This document shows positions 62,201 through 64,000 of a stretch of 64,000 nt of DNA, one piece after another (the stretch's first letter is position 1; every line of letters starts with the position of its first letter). The DNA is taken from NCBI GenBank assembly GCA_965112735.1, contig OZ218957.1, positions 1,860,001 through 1,924,000 of the forward strand, read 5' to 3'. The notes under the pieces were generated by a model that saw only the letters and a program-made list of their open reading frames with translations, was not told the origin of the DNA and did no database searches. The translations under genes and the position numbers were made by a program. The DNA comes from Phaeosaccion multiseriatum. Lineage: Eukaryota > Protista > Ochrophyta, other classes.

Positions 62201-64000
62201 TTGGTGATGGGATCTGAGGAGGATGATGAGGGTGAGAGTGAGTCGATTGGATACCAGAGGGGCGACATGAAGGCATCGTTAGCGGTGGTGGGCATGGCCT
62301 GCCGCTTGCCAGGTGGTTCGAACAGCCCAGAGGAGTTTTGGGCCATGCTTAGCAATGGCAAGGACTGTGTCCAGCCTGCTCCGCTCGACCGCTGGGCGAG
62401 CAAGGAGGAGGATGAGCAGCAGTGGCAAGGAAGCTTCATCGACGGCGTGGAAATGTTCGATCCATCTGTGTTCGGCATATCCAGCCCTGAGGCTTCTGCC
62501 ATGGACCCACACCAGCGGGTGATGCTGGAGGTGGGACTGGAGGCGCTTGTGACTGCGGGCTATACCAAGCAAAGCCTGAGTGGCAGTCAGACCGGAGTGT
62601 TCGTGGGCATGAGCGGCAGTGACTGGGGATCCCTCGGGGAAGGCTCATCCTCGACAGGCGCGTATAGCACCATGGGCGCAGCCGGGGCAAGCGTGTCCAA
62701 TCGTCTGTCGTACACGCTCGGACTGCAGGGCCCGTCCATGACCACTGACACGGCGTGCTCGTCCTCTCTGGTGGCCCTGGACAGCGCTTGCAGCAGCTTA
62801 CGCATGGGCAAGTGCGACGCAGCCGTGGTGGGCGGAGTGAATCTGTTGCTGGGCACGCAGAGCTTCGAAAGGCTGAAGGGAAGTGGTTTCTTATCGCCCG
62901 ACGGGTACGTGCGCTTATGTGTGGAGTGCTTTCATTCCTGTTTGTGTTCACCCCTCTTCTCCCTTTGGCCATCGCCTCTCTGGCAAATCGCACAGTGAGA
63001 ACGACTTGAGTGCCTTACCAAGTCAACTTATCTCACCCCATCCCACAATTCCCATGCCCTTCTCAGGCGCTGCAAGACGTTCGACGCGTCGGCAAACGGA
63101 TACGTGCGTGGTGAAGGATGCGGTGCCGTTGTGCTGAAACTTTTGGATGACGCCCTCGCTGCCGGAGACACGGTCCTCGCTGTGATTGAGGGCTGTGCCG
63201 TGAACCACAACGGAACCAGTGCCCGCCTCACGGCCCCCAGCCCCGCCGCCCAGCAGAGACTCATCGAGGCGACGCTGCGTGAGGCCGGTCGAGAGGGCTC
63301 CGAGGTACGCATCGTGGAGGCACACGGCACGGGCACATCTCTCGGCGACCCAATCGAGATGAGTGCTCTCAGGGCCACGTACGGAAAGAACCGTGACGAG
63401 TCTTTCCCGCTGGTAGTGGGTGCGGTCAAGACCAACATTGGCCATCTGGAGGGTGCGGCGGGCATTGCCGGGCTCATCAAGGCCGTCTTGATGCTGCAGC
63501 ACCGCGCCGTGCCCGCCAACCTTCACCTCGAGAGCGTCAACCCGGAGCTGGACATGGACGGCTTCCCCGTGCAGCTCCCGTCGGTGATGGTGCAGCTGGA
63601 GGACGAGGGAGATATGTTGGTGGGGGTGAGCTCATTCGGGGCGGGAGGAACGAATGCACACGTGCTGCTGAGGAGCCATGGGGAGAAGAGTGAGGGTGCG
63701 CCAGGCCCTAATCCGGTGCAAGCAGAGACTCCAGTGGCGTTCTTGTTCACTGGGCAGGGTTCGCAGTACGTGGGCATGGGCAGGGAGCTGTACGAGAAGG
63801 AGGGCGTGTTCCGCGAGTGCATACAGCGGTGCAGCGGACTTCTCATGGAGCGGGCCTGGCTGGACAAGTCTGTGGTGGAGCTCATGTACCCTACCGCCGC
63901 TCAGGACGGGAAGGAGGAGCAGGAGAAGACTGCACAAGCGCTGCTGAAGGAGACACGCTACTGCCAGCCGTGCCTGTTTGTGCTGGAGTATGCCCTGTGT
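47256..64000 (+). CDS. Multimodular type I polyketide/fatty acid synthase, continuing past the window end: KS*-ACP | KS-AT-DH-ER-KR-ACP | KS-DH-ER-KR-ACP | KS-AT...
   Basis: Introns at about 47588-47929, 48061-48147, 48223-48378, 48728-49237, 49748-50277, 51401-51547, 52327-52480, 57757-57852 and 62905-63066 join one reading frame. Motifs GMACRFPG, DTACSSS, EAHGTGT, KTNIGHLE, GQGSQ, GHSLG, HAFHS, HxxxGxxxxP, GLNFRD, HAASGGVG, GGLGALG, HAAGVLDD, NYAAAN and G(L/M)DS. Start codon uncertain. Confidence 0.95.
47472..50700 (+). other. PKS module 1 (putative loading unit): KS with active-site Cys->Ser, then ACP, no AT
   Basis: INTASSSSL (TCT at 48537-48539); HGTGT and NLGHAE retained; ACP motif GMDSL at 50574-50588. 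Confidence 0.85.
50780..57060 (+). other. PKS module 2: KS-AT(malonyl-type)-DH-ER-KR(B-type)-ACP
   Basis: DTLCSSS; GHSLG at 52724-52738; HAFH at 53039-53050; DHAVGGVVLMP; LDD; NYAAAN; GLDS. Confidence 0.9.
54970..62169 (+). repeat. Near-identical ~2.06-kb direct repeat (ER-KR-ACP): 54970-57030 and 60109-62169
   Basis: Constant offset of 5139; about 20 amino-acid differences in ~690 residues by eye. Confidence 0.92.
57130..62200 (+). other. PKS module 3: KS-DH-ER-KR-ACP, no AT
   Basis: KS ends at NAHVLLRS (~58463) and is followed within ~35 aa by LFPNRVAFPW and the DH. There is no GQG, GHSxG or HAFH motif and no intron in between. Confidence 0.9.
57835..63693 (+). repeat. Apparently identical 645-bp direct repeat (intron 3' end plus KS C-terminal half): 57835-58479 and 63049-63693
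   Basis: Constant offset of 5214; no differences seen by eye, and the antisense ORF translations also match. Confidence 0.92.
62275..64000 (+). other. PKS module 4 (partial): KS-AT...
   Basis: DTACSSS, HGTGT, GHLE, then VAFLFTGQGSQYVGMGRELY...ETRYCQPCLFVLEY. Confidence 0.9.

Noticed and set aside
49258-63937. Many antisense and alternate-frame ORFs over the PKS
   Set aside because: They are shadows of GC-rich coding sequence and have no recognisable domains.

Overview
Eukaryotic, GC-rich and intron-dense genomic DNA with canonical GT-AG introns, many filled with microsatellites. The host is probably a stramenopile/ochrophyte alga, inferred from gene content only. Left to right: (1) a 5'-truncated Patched/NPC1-like sterol-sensing RND protein with a ~900-aa disordered tail; (2) RNA polymerase III subunit RPC2 (~28 exons), with a strongly base-paired element in intron 1; (3) three intronless, mosaic F-box-like/ankyrin-like paralogues around RPC2, together with a CRE-type retrotransposon relic and a decayed copy of the RPC2 3' end; (4) an aldo-keto reductase head-to-head with MCM4; (5) an intact TIGR04283-type GT2 glycosyltransferase between two frameshifted pseudogenes (PPR-SMR and WRN-like exonuclease); (6) a 287-bp MITE with 19-bp TIRs, a 6-bp TSD and an internal tandem array; (7) the first ~17 kb of a large modular type I PKS. 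The PKS is the most notable feature. It starts with a KS(Cys->Ser)-ACP unit, and AT-containing and AT-less modules then alternate: KS*-ACP | KS-AT-DH-ER-KR-ACP | KS-DH-ER-KR-ACP | KS-AT..., with near-identical blocks shared between modules. All alignments and splice calls were made by eye; no database searches were run.
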